Shown one piece after another: positions 11,957 through 20,937 of a stretch of 64,000 nt of DNA. A model generated the notes under the pieces. That model was not told the DNA's origin. It saw nothing but the letters and a program-made list of their open reading frames with translations, and searched no databases. A program made the position numbers and the translations under genes. The stretch comes from an uncultured Gammaproteobacteria bacterium (GTDB taxonomy: Bacteria; Pseudomonadota; Gammaproteobacteria; UBA9214), in NCBI GenBank assembly GCA_963748215.1, contig CAVVHS010000009.1, positions 192,001-256,000 on the forward strand, read 5' to 3'. How positions within the stretch are numbered: position 1 is the first letter of the stretch; each line of letters starts with the position of its first letter.

Positions 11957-12337
11957 ATGCGTCACCGTAAGTCAGGGCGGCAACTCAACCGCAACAGTTC
12001 ACACCGCAAGGCCATGTTCCAGAATATGGCCGTGTCATTGCTGCGCCACGAGGCGATCAGGACCACGCTGCCGAAGGCCAAGGAACTGCGCCGCGTCGCC
12101 GAGCCGTTCATCACCATGGCCAAGAGCGATACCGTGCACAAGCGCCGAATCGCGTTCAACCGCCTGCGCGATCGCGAGGTGGTGAGCAAGCTGTTCAACG
12201 AACTGGGTCCGCGCTACAAGAACCGTCCCGGCGGTTACCTGCGCATCCTGAAGATGGGTGCCCGCACGGGTGACAGCGCACCGATGGCCTACGTAGAACT
12301 GGTCGACCGCCCGCAGGGCGAGACGGCTGCCGAATAG
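11957..12337 (+). CDS. rplQ: 50S ribosomal protein L17
   Basis: [20 protein letters not shown]...[10 protein letters not shown]. Confidence 0.99.
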   Translation: MRHRKSGRQLNRNSSHRKAMFQNMAVSLLRHEAIRTTLPKAKELRRVAEPFITMAKSDTVHKRRIAFNRLRDREVVSKLFNELGPRYKNRPGGYLRILKMGARTGDSAPMAYVELVDRPQGETAAE

Positions 12338-12359
12338 GCGCTGTTGCAACTGCATCGAG

Positions 12360-12385
12360 AAAGCCGGGCATTGCCCGGCTTTTTT
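12360..12385 (+). terminator. rho-independent terminator of the ribosomal operon
   Basis: AAAGCCGGGCA-T-TGCCCGGCTTTTTT right after rplQ. Confidence 0.9.
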
Positions 12386-12411
12386 ATGTGCGGTGCGTGG
12401 TATCAAAACCA

Positions 12412-12490
12412 GTCTCGCGCCACGGCGCCAAGGCGCGAAGACGCATAGAAAAAAACACTTACCACAGAGTACACGGAGATCATGGAGCAT
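12412..12490 (+). repeat. left arm of a degenerate inverted repeat (partner at 25031-25102)
   Basis: GTCTCGCGCCA...TTACCACAGAGTACACGGAG aligns with the reverse complement of 25031-25102. Confidence 0.6.
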
Positions 12491-12666
12491 GATCCAGCCC
12501 ATCAGGGGCATGGATTGCGTTCAGGAGCGGGCGTTGACCGCGATGAAATCTCGTGTACGACTACATCGACGATGCACACCGGGAAGGTGGGGCTATTTTT
12601 TACGGGCATAGCCTCTCGACCGCTACGCGGTCTCATCTTCTCCGGAATCCCGGTGAGAAATGCGGG

Positions 12667-13638
12667 CTAGAACGCTTCCATCTCTACCTCCAGATAGGCG
12701 CGGCTCACATGCGGGCCTACCCTTATATCGAAACCTGCCCAGTTGCTGTATGCCGATAATGCTTCAGTGACGATAGGCTTCATCTCGTAATCTGCAATTT
12801 GCTGGTCATAGAGTTCCCGGACCTTCGATAGCAAGGTATCAAGATAAGTCCGGTAGTTCCGGGCTATCTCGACACCGCCGACACGCCCGTGTCCTGGCAG
12901 GTAGTATTTGAAGTTCTTTTCCATGATCATATCTATTGCAGCAATATTGCCAGCGAAACTCGCGTCGGCTTCCATAATGCCCAGCAGTCCGTTCCTGATC
13001 ACATCACCTGTGAACAGCGCATCCTGGCCGACAACCTCGATCATTATGTCACTGTCGGTGTGGGCGGGGCCTGTGTGGTAAACCCGGAAACGGGTATCAC
13101 CAACCTCGATGACATCACCGTCATTCACGACCCTGTCGGGGGCGATAACCTGTTTGCCACCCGCAGTTCCCCCGGTCAGTTTCTCAATCTGCGCAAGCCA
13201 GAACTCACCATCGGCGCCCTTCACCCTGTCTTTCATTGTCGGGTGCCCATAGATGATGGCATCAGGGTAGGCCCTTCTAATGCCTTCGTTACCGAGCCAG
13301 TGATCGCCATGGGCATGGGAATCAAAGACTGCAACAACGGGATTCTGTGTAATCGACCTGATCTTTCCGGTAACCATCTCACCTGCCCACGTGCTGCCGC
13401 CTGGATCGAACACAACAACACCGGCACTTGTAAGCACGATCACCGGATTGTTGCGAAAACCGTGATTGGTTTTATTCGGCAGATCAAACGGACCATAGAT
13501 GATGTAAATAGTATCTGTGACCTGGACCAATGGATAATCGATACCGCTATTGCCTTGTTCCTCTGCGACCCCGCCCGGCGTGTAGACGAACAGCAAAACC
13601 GCCAGGGTCAGAAAAGCTGTATAGATCGGTGTTTTCAT
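12667..13638 (-). CDS. secreted MBL-fold metallo-hydrolase (SoxH-like)
   Basis: Signal peptide; SHAHGDH, PAHTDSD, FTGD and PGHG motifs; GAGGAG RBS before ATG 13638. Confidence 0.85.
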   Translation of the reverse strand: MKTPIYTAFLTLAVLLFVYTPGGVAEEQGNSGIDYPLVQVTDTIYIIYGPFDLPNKTNHGFRNNPVIVLTSAGVVVFDPGGSTWAGEMVTGKIRSITQNPVVAVFDSHAHGDHWLGNEGIRRAYPDAIIYGHPTMKDRVKGADGEFWLAQIEKLTGGTAGGKQVIAPDRVVNDGDVIEVGDTRFRVYHTGPAHTDSDIMIEVVGQDALFTGDVIRNGLLGIMEADASFAGNIAAIDMIMEKNFKYYLPGHGRVGGVEIARNYRTYLDTLLSKVRELYDQQIADYEMKPIVTEALSAYSNWAGFDIRVGPHVSRAYLEVEMEAF

Positions 13639-13925
13639 GACGGCCCTCCTCAGGCATATCAAGCCAGGCATCTCGTCTGGCATGAAACTGGAGATCCGGG
13701 CGAACTATCCTCAAATTCGTGTTGAGGTGTTTGTACTTCAGCTGACAATGGCTGAACGCTTCCACGGCCCTTTTGTGAAACACTAGCAGCAGGAGGTACT
13801 AGAATTATGTTGAAAAAATGGCGTAATTCCGGTTTTTTTATGAACTTTTAGAAACAAGAGGTTAGCAACGGACCCCTCCGGTCAATCAGATGCTGAGGGG
13901 CGCCGGAAATGCGAGGGATGCCCGA

Positions 13926-15617
13926 ATGGACGTCAACAGACAGACTCCATTTCTGGTCGAGGGCTGGCAGGTGGATCCTGCCAGCGCTGAGATGACCCGT
14001 GATGGCAAGACCATCAAGTTGGAACCCAGGGTGATGGATGTGCTGGTTTATCTGGCCAGTCGGCCCGGGCAAGTCGTATCACGAGACGAACTGGAAGCAA
14101 ACGTCTGGGTCGGAAGAGTCATAAGCTATGATGCATTAACCAGTACAGTACAGAAGCTACGCAGGGCATTCGCTGACGATGCACGGCAGCCCAGGATCAT
14201 TGAGACCCTCTCAAAGAAGGGATATCGTCTTCTGGCACCCGTCAGTTTTCCTGATGCATCGTATCAAACTGACTCATCCAGTGAAAACGTTACACATGCG
14301 CCACGATACAGCAAGCCGTGGGTACTGGCGCTCACAGTCATCACCCTGATCATAGGGCTGGCAATGCTGGCTGCAGTCATGCGGTTTGGGCCGTGGGAAA
14401 TTCCGGCAGACCTGGCCAACCAGGTGACCATGTCCAATTCCATTGCCGTCCTGCCGTTTGACAACCTGAGTGGAGATCCCGCCCAGGAGTATTTTGCCGA
14501 TGGGATGACCGATGATCTGATCACCAGGCTGGCAAGGAATCCCGGCCTTCTTGTCATTGCGCGCGACTCATCTTTCCTTTACAAGGGCCGGTCTAATGAC
14601 ATTCGTGATGTGGCCGGGAAACTCAAGGTGCACTATATCCTTCATGGCAGCATTCGGCGAGCCGGCAAACATATGTGGTTCAATGCCCGGCTGATTGATG
14701 CTGCTACGGGCAGCTATCTATGGGCGGAACGATATGAAGGTTACGTGGGCGATATTTTCGATCTGCAGGATGATGTGATCGGCAACATACTCTCTGCCCT
14801 GTCAGTCAGGGGTGATGATGAGGAGCGATCTGCTGCCCGTCTCCGGCAAACCGGTAGTCCGGAAGCTTATGAGTATTTCCTGCACGGCCGCAATCGTTTT
14901 TTTCTGTACGCCAGCAAGGATGATAATCGCAAGGCGCGTGAACTTTATCAGAAGGCAATTGAACTCGACCCCGATTACGCCGAGGCCTATGCCATGCTCG
15001 CCTGGACCTTCACCTTTGAAGCGATGAACGGCTGGAGTGAGGTGCGCGAAGATTCGCTCGCGCAAGCCCGGGCTTTGGCCATGCATGCCATTACGATCGA
15101 TAAGGAACTGCCCGTCGCCTATTTCGTAATGGGTCTCGTCTACAGGGAAAGGGGGGAGTATATGAAGGCCCTGGTGGAAGCAGAAAAAGCCATTGCCATC
15201 GATTCAAGCTATGCCAATGCGCATGTGCTGCTCGCAACACTGCTGTACTACGCAGGACGGCCGGAAGAGGGGCTGGAAAGGATAAAGGAAGCGATGAAAA
15301 TCAATCCGCATCATCCTTACAACTATCCGTTCCATCTGGGCCAGGCGTATTTCATACTCGGACGCTATCAGGAAGCGATCGAGGCACTTGAAGCAGGACT
15401 CGGAACCAACCCATCCTCGGAGCGTATGCGAGTGTGGCTGGCAGCCGCTTATGCCCAGGACGGTCGTGAAGCGGACGCGAAATGGGAAGCCGAACAGGTA
15501 TTGGCCCTGAATCCGGATTTCTCCCTGCAGCGTATCCGGCAGGCATTTCCATTCAAGGAGTCAGCAGATATTGAACGCTTTCTTGACGGCTTGCGGAAAG
15601 CCGGGATCACGCAATAG
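13926..15617 (+). CDS. CadC/ToxR-like winged-helix regulator with TM helix, TolB-like and TPR domains
   Basis: LEPRVMDVLVYLA...IETLSKKGYRL (Trans_reg_C), hydrophobic helix, SIAVLPFDNLSGDP...YFADG, TPR repeats. Confidence 0.88.
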   Translation: MDVNRQTPFLVEGWQVDPASAEMTRDGKTIKLEPRVMDVLVYLASRPGQVVSRDELEANVWVGRVISYDALTSTVQKLRRAFADDARQPRIIETLSKKGYRLLAPVSFPDASYQTDSSSENVTHAPRYSKPWVLALTVITLIIGLAMLAAVMRFGPWEIPADLANQVTMSNSIAVLPFDNLSGDPAQEYFADGMTDDLITRLARNPGLLVIARDSSFLYKGRSNDIRDVAGKLKVHYILHGSIRRAGKHMWFNARLIDAATGSYLWAERYEGYVGDIFDLQDDVIGNILSALSVRGDDEERSAARLRQTGSPEAYEYFLHGRNRFFLYASKDDNRKARELYQKAIELDPDYAEAYAMLAWTFTFEAMNGWSEVREDSLAQARALAMHAITIDKELPVAYFVMGLVYRERGEYMKALVEAEKAIAIDSSYANAHVLLATLLYYAGRPEEGLERIKEAMKINPHHPYNYPFHLGQAYFILGRYQEAIEALEAGLGTNPSSERMRVWLAAAYAQDGREADAKWEAEQVLALNPDFSLQRIRQAFPFKESADIERFLDGLRKAGITQ

Positions 15618-15667
15618 GTATCTTGTTCATCGAATGTCTCAAGCCGGTTTTTATCGAGACCCTCGCT

Positions 15668-16435
15668 CTACTGTATGGCTCGGTTATAGATGTGGTTGAC
15701 AGTTTTAACGTAGTCACGCGTTTCGCGGTACGGCGGGATACCACCATAGCGATTCACAACATGTTCTCCGGCATTGTAGGCGGCGAGCGAGAGATCGAGA
15801 TCACCCTCGTAACGATCCATGAGCCAGCGCAGATATGCCATGCCGCCCCTCAGATTCTCAATGGGGTCCCATATATCATCGACCTCGAAGCGACTGGCAG
15901 TCGCAGGCATTAGCTGCATCAGGCCGCTTGCATTCTTCGAAGAGCGGGCACGCGGATTGAAGCTGGACTCTACCTCCACGACCGCAAGCAGCAGATTCGC
16001 ATCAAGCCCATAGCCGGGGGCCATCACGTTGATCCAGGCCTCGATTGTTGCGCGGTCCGGTTTCCCATGCCTCAGGGGGCAGCCGATATCCTTCGCCGGA
16101 TGCACGCTGGGCAGCAGGTCCTCAAGAATCCGCTGTGAATGGGAGTCGCCGTGCTTTGCGGCCAGGTGAAACCACCCTGCCGCCAGCGCCTTGTCCGCCG
16201 GCACCTCCTGGCCGCTGAAGCGCATCCATCCCAGGTGGTAGGCCGCCGCGTTATCGCCCTGCAGGACGGCGATACAATGCAGGTTATAGACACTTGCGTC
16301 ATCCAGGGCAGCGTGCTGACGGTATCGGGAACCTGTTGCATCATCCCCGGCCTCCACCGTACGCAGGGTACATGAAGCCCCTGCGAGGAGCAGTAAGACC
16401 AGTTTCCATGATAACCACCGTCGCTGCATAGCCAT
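15668..16435 (-). CDS. lytic transglycosylase (SLT) with N-terminal Sel1-like repeat
   Basis: VESSFNPRARS..GLMQLMP..LAAYNAG..PPYRET; AAYHLGWM...AAGWFHLAAKHGD. Confidence 0.88.
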   Translation of the reverse strand: MAMQRRWLSWKLVLLLLAGASCTLRTVEAGDDATGSRYRQHAALDDASVYNLHCIAVLQGDNAAAYHLGWMRFSGQEVPADKALAAGWFHLAAKHGDSHSQRILEDLLPSVHPAKDIGCPLRHGKPDRATIEAWINVMAPGYGLDANLLLAVVEVESSFNPRARSSKNASGLMQLMPATASRFEVDDIWDPIENLRGGMAYLRWLMDRYEGDLDLSLAAYNAGEHVVNRYGGIPPYRETRDYVKTVNHIYNRAIQ

Positions 16436-16620
16436 GCCGGTGCCGCCGATCTGCCTGAAACAATATTATTCTTCGTCTTGTTGTTCGTATATCCGGTACT
16501 TCCTGCCAACACTAGACCACAACACAGGATCACGCAATGTCGTGTGCTAACCGGCAGACGAAGGATGCTGGAGACAGGTGAATCACCTGGTTTTCTGCGT
16601 TCCGAGTACACCGGAATCCC

Positions 16621-16714
16621 GGAAATGGTACCTTCTGGCCGGTCCCCATCCTGCAGGATTGTCTTATATTAGATTTCGGTAAAAGGCGGGAGCCGACCCA
16701 TTCCGGAAGTTTAG
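16621..16714 (+). repeat. 94-bp imperfect palindromic repeat, copy A
   Basis: Ungapped alignment with 20584-20677 (61/94) and 23128-23221 (64/94); TGGCCG...TTATAT...GGCGGGAGCCGACCCA. Confidence 0.85.
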
Positions 16715-16820
16715 TATTTGGTTATATATATCTGTTGCTTGTATGGTTGGCCTAACAGTCAAGAAGGAAAAATTACATTCTGGCTGAATAAATAAGAATT
16801 AAATTTGCGGAGGAAACCCT

Positions 16821-16901
16821 ATGAAGAAATCACGCTTACCGGGTGCGGTGTGTATATGTATATCCGTATATTCAGTTTTTTTTTGGCGAATGCTGCGCTA
16901 G
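16821..16901 (+). pseudogene. orphan signal-peptide stub of a VPLPA-CTERM-type gene
   Basis: GGAGG RBS, MKKSRLPGAVC (cf. MKSRLIGAVC at 21612); broken at the T9 tract, with ANAALV continuing in another frame. Confidence 0.6.
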
Positions 16902-16944
16902 TTACAAGCAACCTTAAATATGATTGCTTGCTCGGGGAAGCGCC

Positions 16945-17597
16945 ATGAGATTTCAGCATTGTTGGCCGGAGATAGCCTTGTTTGTCGGCACGTTGGTCGT
17001 GTCCTCGCTTTCCAATGCTGCGCTGGTATCGCACCTGAATGGCCAGGCCGTTTACGATACCGACCTCAATATCACTTGGATGGCAGATTCGACTCTGGCG
17101 GTCAGCAATACTTTTGGTGTAAACGGTATCGGTATCACAACTGGTTCCATGGATTGGAATACAGCTCAAAGCTGGATCGGATCGATGAATGCCGCCAACT
17201 ATCTTGGCTTCAGCGACTGGCGCTTACCAACAACACTAGTGCCAGACCCGACATGTGGCGGTTTTTTCGCGAACGTCAATTGTACAGGAAGCGAATTGGG
17301 GCATCTCTTTGAAATCGAACAAGCAAGCACATCCGGCCTATTCATTACAGCCGCTGAATACTATTGGTCTGATACTGAGTGCGGGTTAAATTGCGCATAT
17401 GCCTATTTTTGGCATGGCCTTGGCGCTGGAGAGCAAGTTACATTTACGAAGGATCTTAACCCACATCCTGCCAGCTCGGTTTTAGCAGGGCTGTGCGATC
17501 CGGCGATGTCACCGTTGTCCCGGTACCCACCTCCTTCTGGCTGTTCGGCTCCGGCCTGCTGGGACTGGTCGGGGTGGCAAGGAAGAAAGCGGCTTAA
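16945..17597 (+). CDS. DUF1566/Lcl-domain VPLPA/PEP-CTERM surface protein, frameshifted near 17487
   Basis: SNAALV signal, VYDTDLNITW, GFSDWRLPT; VPVPTSFWLFGSGLLGLVGVARKKAA* is in a different frame. Confidence 0.8.
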
Positions 17598-17646
17598 TGG
17601 AACCCGCCGAAACTGTCATAAGGTAGTTAGATAGGGTAATACGCCA

Positions 17647-17793
17647 ATGAAGACAAACAATCCCAGAAAGAAAAAGTCTTCCTTGATGATCTGGATTATC
17701 GCATTGGCTGCTCTGGTACTTGTGGGGATACAACTGATTCATCCGGATGGCATACGCGGACTATTGAGAGACTTCGTAATCATGTTGATGTAA
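17647..17793 (+). CDS. small putative single-pass membrane protein (48 aa)
   Basis: Manual translation MKTNNPRKKKSSLMIWIIALAALVLVGIQLIHPDGIRGLLRDFVIMLM*. Confidence 0.5.
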   Translation: MKTNNPRKKKSSLMIWIIALAALVLVGIQLIHPDGIRGLLRDFVIMLM

Positions 17794-17839
17794 TCAATTC
17801 TGAGGTCATTTCAAACACATAGAAAGCACTGGGAGGATA

Positions 17840-18049
17840 TTAACCCTGCTTGCAGCAGTCTAGTATCTCACGCAGAAGGAATTCAGCCATCATCTGCCCC
17901 TCCCTGTCGCGATGCTCTGAATATTGCATGACGTAGCAGCCGTCATATTTTGTATGGTTCATTGTTGCCGAGAGCAGGGTTTCGTATAGCTTCCGCTCCT
18001 CGTGGATGTTGGCCAGGATTACGCGTGTTTTCATGTAGACATTGTCCAA
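17840..18049 (-). CDS. hypothetical protein or gene fragment
   Basis: 69-codon ORF with no recognised motif; its 5' end abuts repeat B. Confidence 0.35.
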   Translation of the reverse strand: MDNVYMKTRVILANIHEERKLYETLLSATMNHTKYDGCYVMQYSEHRDREGQMMAEFLLREILDCCKQG

Positions 18050-18097
18050 TATCAGAAATTGCTAAAGGACGGGAACCGACCCTAATCGGAAGTACAG
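18045..18097 (+). repeat. 3' half (53 bp) of the palindromic repeat, copy B
   Basis: TCCAATATCAGAAATTGCTAAAGGACGGGAACCGACCCTAATCGGAAGTACAG aligns without gaps to the last 53 nt of A, C and D; a further TGAAC...CGGAAGTTCA mini-hairpin at 18111-18138. Confidence 0.75.
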
Positions 18098-18258
18098 CGT
18101 TTCGATCGGTTGAACTGGCAACTGAAGTCGGAAGTTCAGGAAAGCGTGAATGGGAACTCGAGCCACCAAACGCCTATTATCGGGTGGATTTTCATGAAAT
18201 AGATAAGGTAAGCTCCCCGCCCCCTATCCTTTATGCTCCCCTAAGGAGACTCCTGACG

Positions 18259-20052
18259 ATGTTGCGTAAAATTCTGCTGCCAACTATCTTTGTCATCCTA
18301 GGCTGGGGATTTTGGGTTAGTCCTGATTTCAAGACCATCGCTGCTGGAGTCTCCATCTTTTTATTCGGGATGCTGTCTCTGGAAGAGGGGTTCCAGGCGT
18401 TCGCCGGCGGCACCCTGGAGCGGATACTCAATAACACAACCGACAAGCTCTGGAAAAGCCTCAGTTTCGGTGTCATCAGCACCACCCTGATGCAGTCCAG
18501 CTCACTGGTCTCGGTAATCACCATCTCCTTCCTCAGCGCCGGCCTGCTCGATCTTGCCTCCGGGGTCGGGATCATCTTTGGTGCGAATATTGGTACCACC
18601 ACCGGTGCCTGGCTGGTCGCCGGTTTCGGTCTGAAGGTCAAGATTTCTGCCTATGCGATGCCAATGCTGGTCTTTGGTGTGCTGTTGCTGTTCCAGAAAT
18701 CCAAGAACCTGAAGGGCATCGGTTACATCCTGGTCGGCCTCGGTTTTCTGTTTCTCGGCATCCACTACATGAAAGAGGGTTTCGATGCATTCAAGGACAG
18801 CTTCGACTTGGCCAAGTTCGCTGTCGCCGGCTATCCCGGGCTGTTCCTGTTCGCCGGCATCGGCATCGCGGCAACGGTGGTGATGCAGTCCAGTCATGCC
18901 ACGCTGGTGCTGACTATTACAGCGCTTGCTGCCGGGCAGATCACTTACGATAACGCGCTCGCGCTGGCTATTGGCGCAAATGTTGGTACCACCATCACCG
19001 CCATCATCGGCTCGATGAGCGCAAACGAACAGGGCAAGCGGCTGGCTGCCGCGCACCTCATCTTCAATCTAGTTACCGGTTTGATCGCGATCGTGTTTAT
19101 CTATCAAATGATGGCGTCAGTCGAATGGATTAGCGCCCATGTCGGCATCGCCGAGGATGACTACACCTTGAAGCTGGCGGTATTCCATACCTTATTCAAC
19201 ATCATTGGCGTACTGGTGATGCTGCCGTTGATCGGCAGACTGGTCAGCCTGCTGGAAGGCCTGTTCAAACCCAAGGCCCTCCTTGTCAGCCAACCAAAAT
19301 ATCTGAACGATGCCACCATTGACTTCCCAGACACCGCGCTTGAGGCAATCCGGTTGGAGACTCTGCGGATCTGGGACCACACCATCAACATCCTGGCCGG
19401 GACTTTTGGCTTCGAGCGCGATCAGATCTGCTCTGACACCGACCTTGCGGTGGTAGCGCAGTCCCAGCGCAGACTGCCGTATTTCGATGTGGATGAGGCC
19501 TACGAACAACAGGTAAAAACACTGTACAGCGCCATCATCACTTTCATCACCCGTGCCGGATTCTCCTGGCAGGACGAGCAGTCAGGGGGCATCCACTGGT
19601 TGCGTGAAGCCAATCAGAACATGGTCGAGGCGATCAAGGCCAGCAAACACCTGCGTAAGAACCTTGTCACCGCGGTGGCATCGACAAACGAAGAACAGCG
19701 TGCGATCTACAATAATATGCGCGTTCAACTGTCACTGTTGATCCGGGAACTGGAAGAGGTTCGATCGGAGTCCGCCGATGAGTCCCCGGTGTTGTCGCTG
19801 GACCATCTGCGCCTGCTCCTGAATGATCTCTGCGAGAAATTCAACAGGCGCATGGCCGCAGCGATGACCGAAGGCCGGATATCGGGTGAGCTGGCGGTCT
19901 CGTTACTGAACGACTCCAACTACGCTCATGAGGTCTTTAGCAAGCTCGTGGAGATGGGCGAAACCCTGTTCGTAAGGCACAACCGCAGCCTCACTGATGC
20001 CGAGCATGAAGTGCTGTTGAGCGAAGACGAACTGGCCGAGCTCGAAAGCTGA
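18259..20052 (+). CDS. Na+/Pi cotransporter family protein with PhoU-like helical C-terminus
   Basis: Two QSS / GANIGTT repeats, many TM helices; AGGAGA RBS before ATG 18259. Confidence 0.92.
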   Translation: MLRKILLPTIFVILGWGFWVSPDFKTIAAGVSIFLFGMLSLEEGFQAFAGGTLERILNNTTDKLWKSLSFGVISTTLMQSSSLVSVITISFLSAGLLDLASGVGIIFGANIGTTTGAWLVAGFGLKVKISAYAMPMLVFGVLLLFQKSKNLKGIGYILVGLGFLFLGIHYMKEGFDAFKDSFDLAKFAVAGYPGLFLFAGIGIAATVVMQSSHATLVLTITALAAGQITYDNALALAIGANVGTTITAIIGSMSANEQGKRLAAAHLIFNLVTGLIAIVFIYQMMASVEWISAHVGIAEDDYTLKLAVFHTLFNIIGVLVMLPLIGRLVSLLEGLFKPKALLVSQPKYLNDATIDFPDTALEAIRLETLRIWDHTINILAGTFGFERDQICSDTDLAVVAQSQRRLPYFDVDEAYEQQVKTLYSAIITFITRAGFSWQDEQSGGIHWLREANQNMVEAIKASKHLRKNLVTAVASTNEEQRAIYNNMRVQLSLLIRELEEVRSESADESPVLSLDHLRLLLNDLCEKFNRRMAAAMTEGRISGELAVSLLNDSNYAHEVFSKLVEMGETLFVRHNRSLTDAEHEVLLSEDELAELES

Positions 20053-20108
20053 AGCGCTTGTTGCCGATAGAAAGATAGAGTGCAGAGTCATTAACCCGAG
20101 AATCCACT

Positions 20109-20357
20109 ATGAAAGAGAATAAACTCCTTACCCGCCTGGAAGGCTACCTCAACCTCAGCGCCAAACGCCGCAAGAAAAAGGCGGACGAACTAAAGGTGCT
20201 CATCGGGAAACTCAAGAAGAAGGAAAAGGCGCTGATCGCAGAGTCTCGCAAGGCCGGTAAGGGCAAGAAGCACGAAATACTGGAAAAGCGCTGCTTGGTC
20301 CTCCATGCACAACGCAAAAAAGGCCTGAAAGCACTGAAGAATATCAATAAGAAATAA
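20109..20357 (+). CDS. small lysine-rich helical hypothetical protein
   Basis: 82 aa ORF just downstream of the Na/Pi transporter, same strand. Confidence 0.7.
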   Translation: MKENKLLTRLEGYLNLSAKRRKKKADELKVLIGKLKKKEKALIAESRKAGKGKKHEILEKRCLVLHAQRKKGLKALKNINKK

Positions 20358-20583
20358 TGCGGCGATCAAGTATGGGGGCACTCTGCGTGCCGGGCCTTTA
20401 AGCGCTCCCGCGCAACATGGACTTGGATCCGTGTGGTCTAGTCTCCACCCCTGACGGGGAAACCTGCGGCTGTGCAATCGGCAACCCAGCCAATTTTTCA
20501 TCGCCTAACTGGCCCCGGTTCGCGATGAACGATTAAGAGATGGGAGCGGCAAGTATTGCATAGCTGCCTTTCGCTGGTCGCCC

Positions 20584-20677
20584 GTATAGGTCAGGAGTTG
20601 GCCGGTTCCAGTCCTACACGAGACGCTTATATAAGATTTTATTAAAAGGCGGGAGTCGACCCAACTGAGATATTCAC
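20584..20677 (+). repeat. 94-bp imperfect palindromic repeat, copy C
   Basis: TGGCCGGTTCCAGTCCT...CTTATATAAG...AAAAGGCGGGAGTCGACCCA; aligns with A and D. Confidence 0.85.
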
Positions 20678-20864
20678 GCGCATACAACTCAGACTAAACT
20701 CATACTCTGCAAGAAAAGCCTGTATTAGTGATTTACAAACAGACACGTCATTCCTTGATCAGCATCAGTTACCCCGATCTCCGTAGCTGCTATATACAAC
20801 ACAACTAGTCAAACCAGACCAATATTAGAAGATTGGAAATAATCAGAGTTTAAAGAGGAGCATC

Positions 20865-20935
20865 ATGAAGAAAAAACGCGTCTTTTAAGAGCTTTCAGCG
20901 CCTGTTTGTTTGCTCTCGTTACAGGAGGCAAGTAA
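20865..20935 (+). pseudogene. orphan signal-peptide stub
   Basis: GAGGAG RBS; reads MKKTRLLRAFSACLFALVTGGK* only if the A6 tract at 20871-20876 is corrected. Confidence 0.5.
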
Positions 20936-20937
20936 AG

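Noticed and set aside
13788-13816. TTATGTTGAAA as a dif site
   Set aside because: No XerC half-site, and a position next to ribosomal operons is unlike a terminus.
16647-16674. TTATATTAGAT in the repeats as the XerD arm of a dif/pdif site
   Set aside because: 9/11 match to TTATGTTAAAT in copy A but weaker in the others, and no recognisable XerC arm 6 bp upstream. Not supported, though not excluded.
17950-18258. 103-aa N-terminal extension of the Na/Pi transporter
   Set aside because: It runs through repeat B; the RBS-supported ATG is at 18259.
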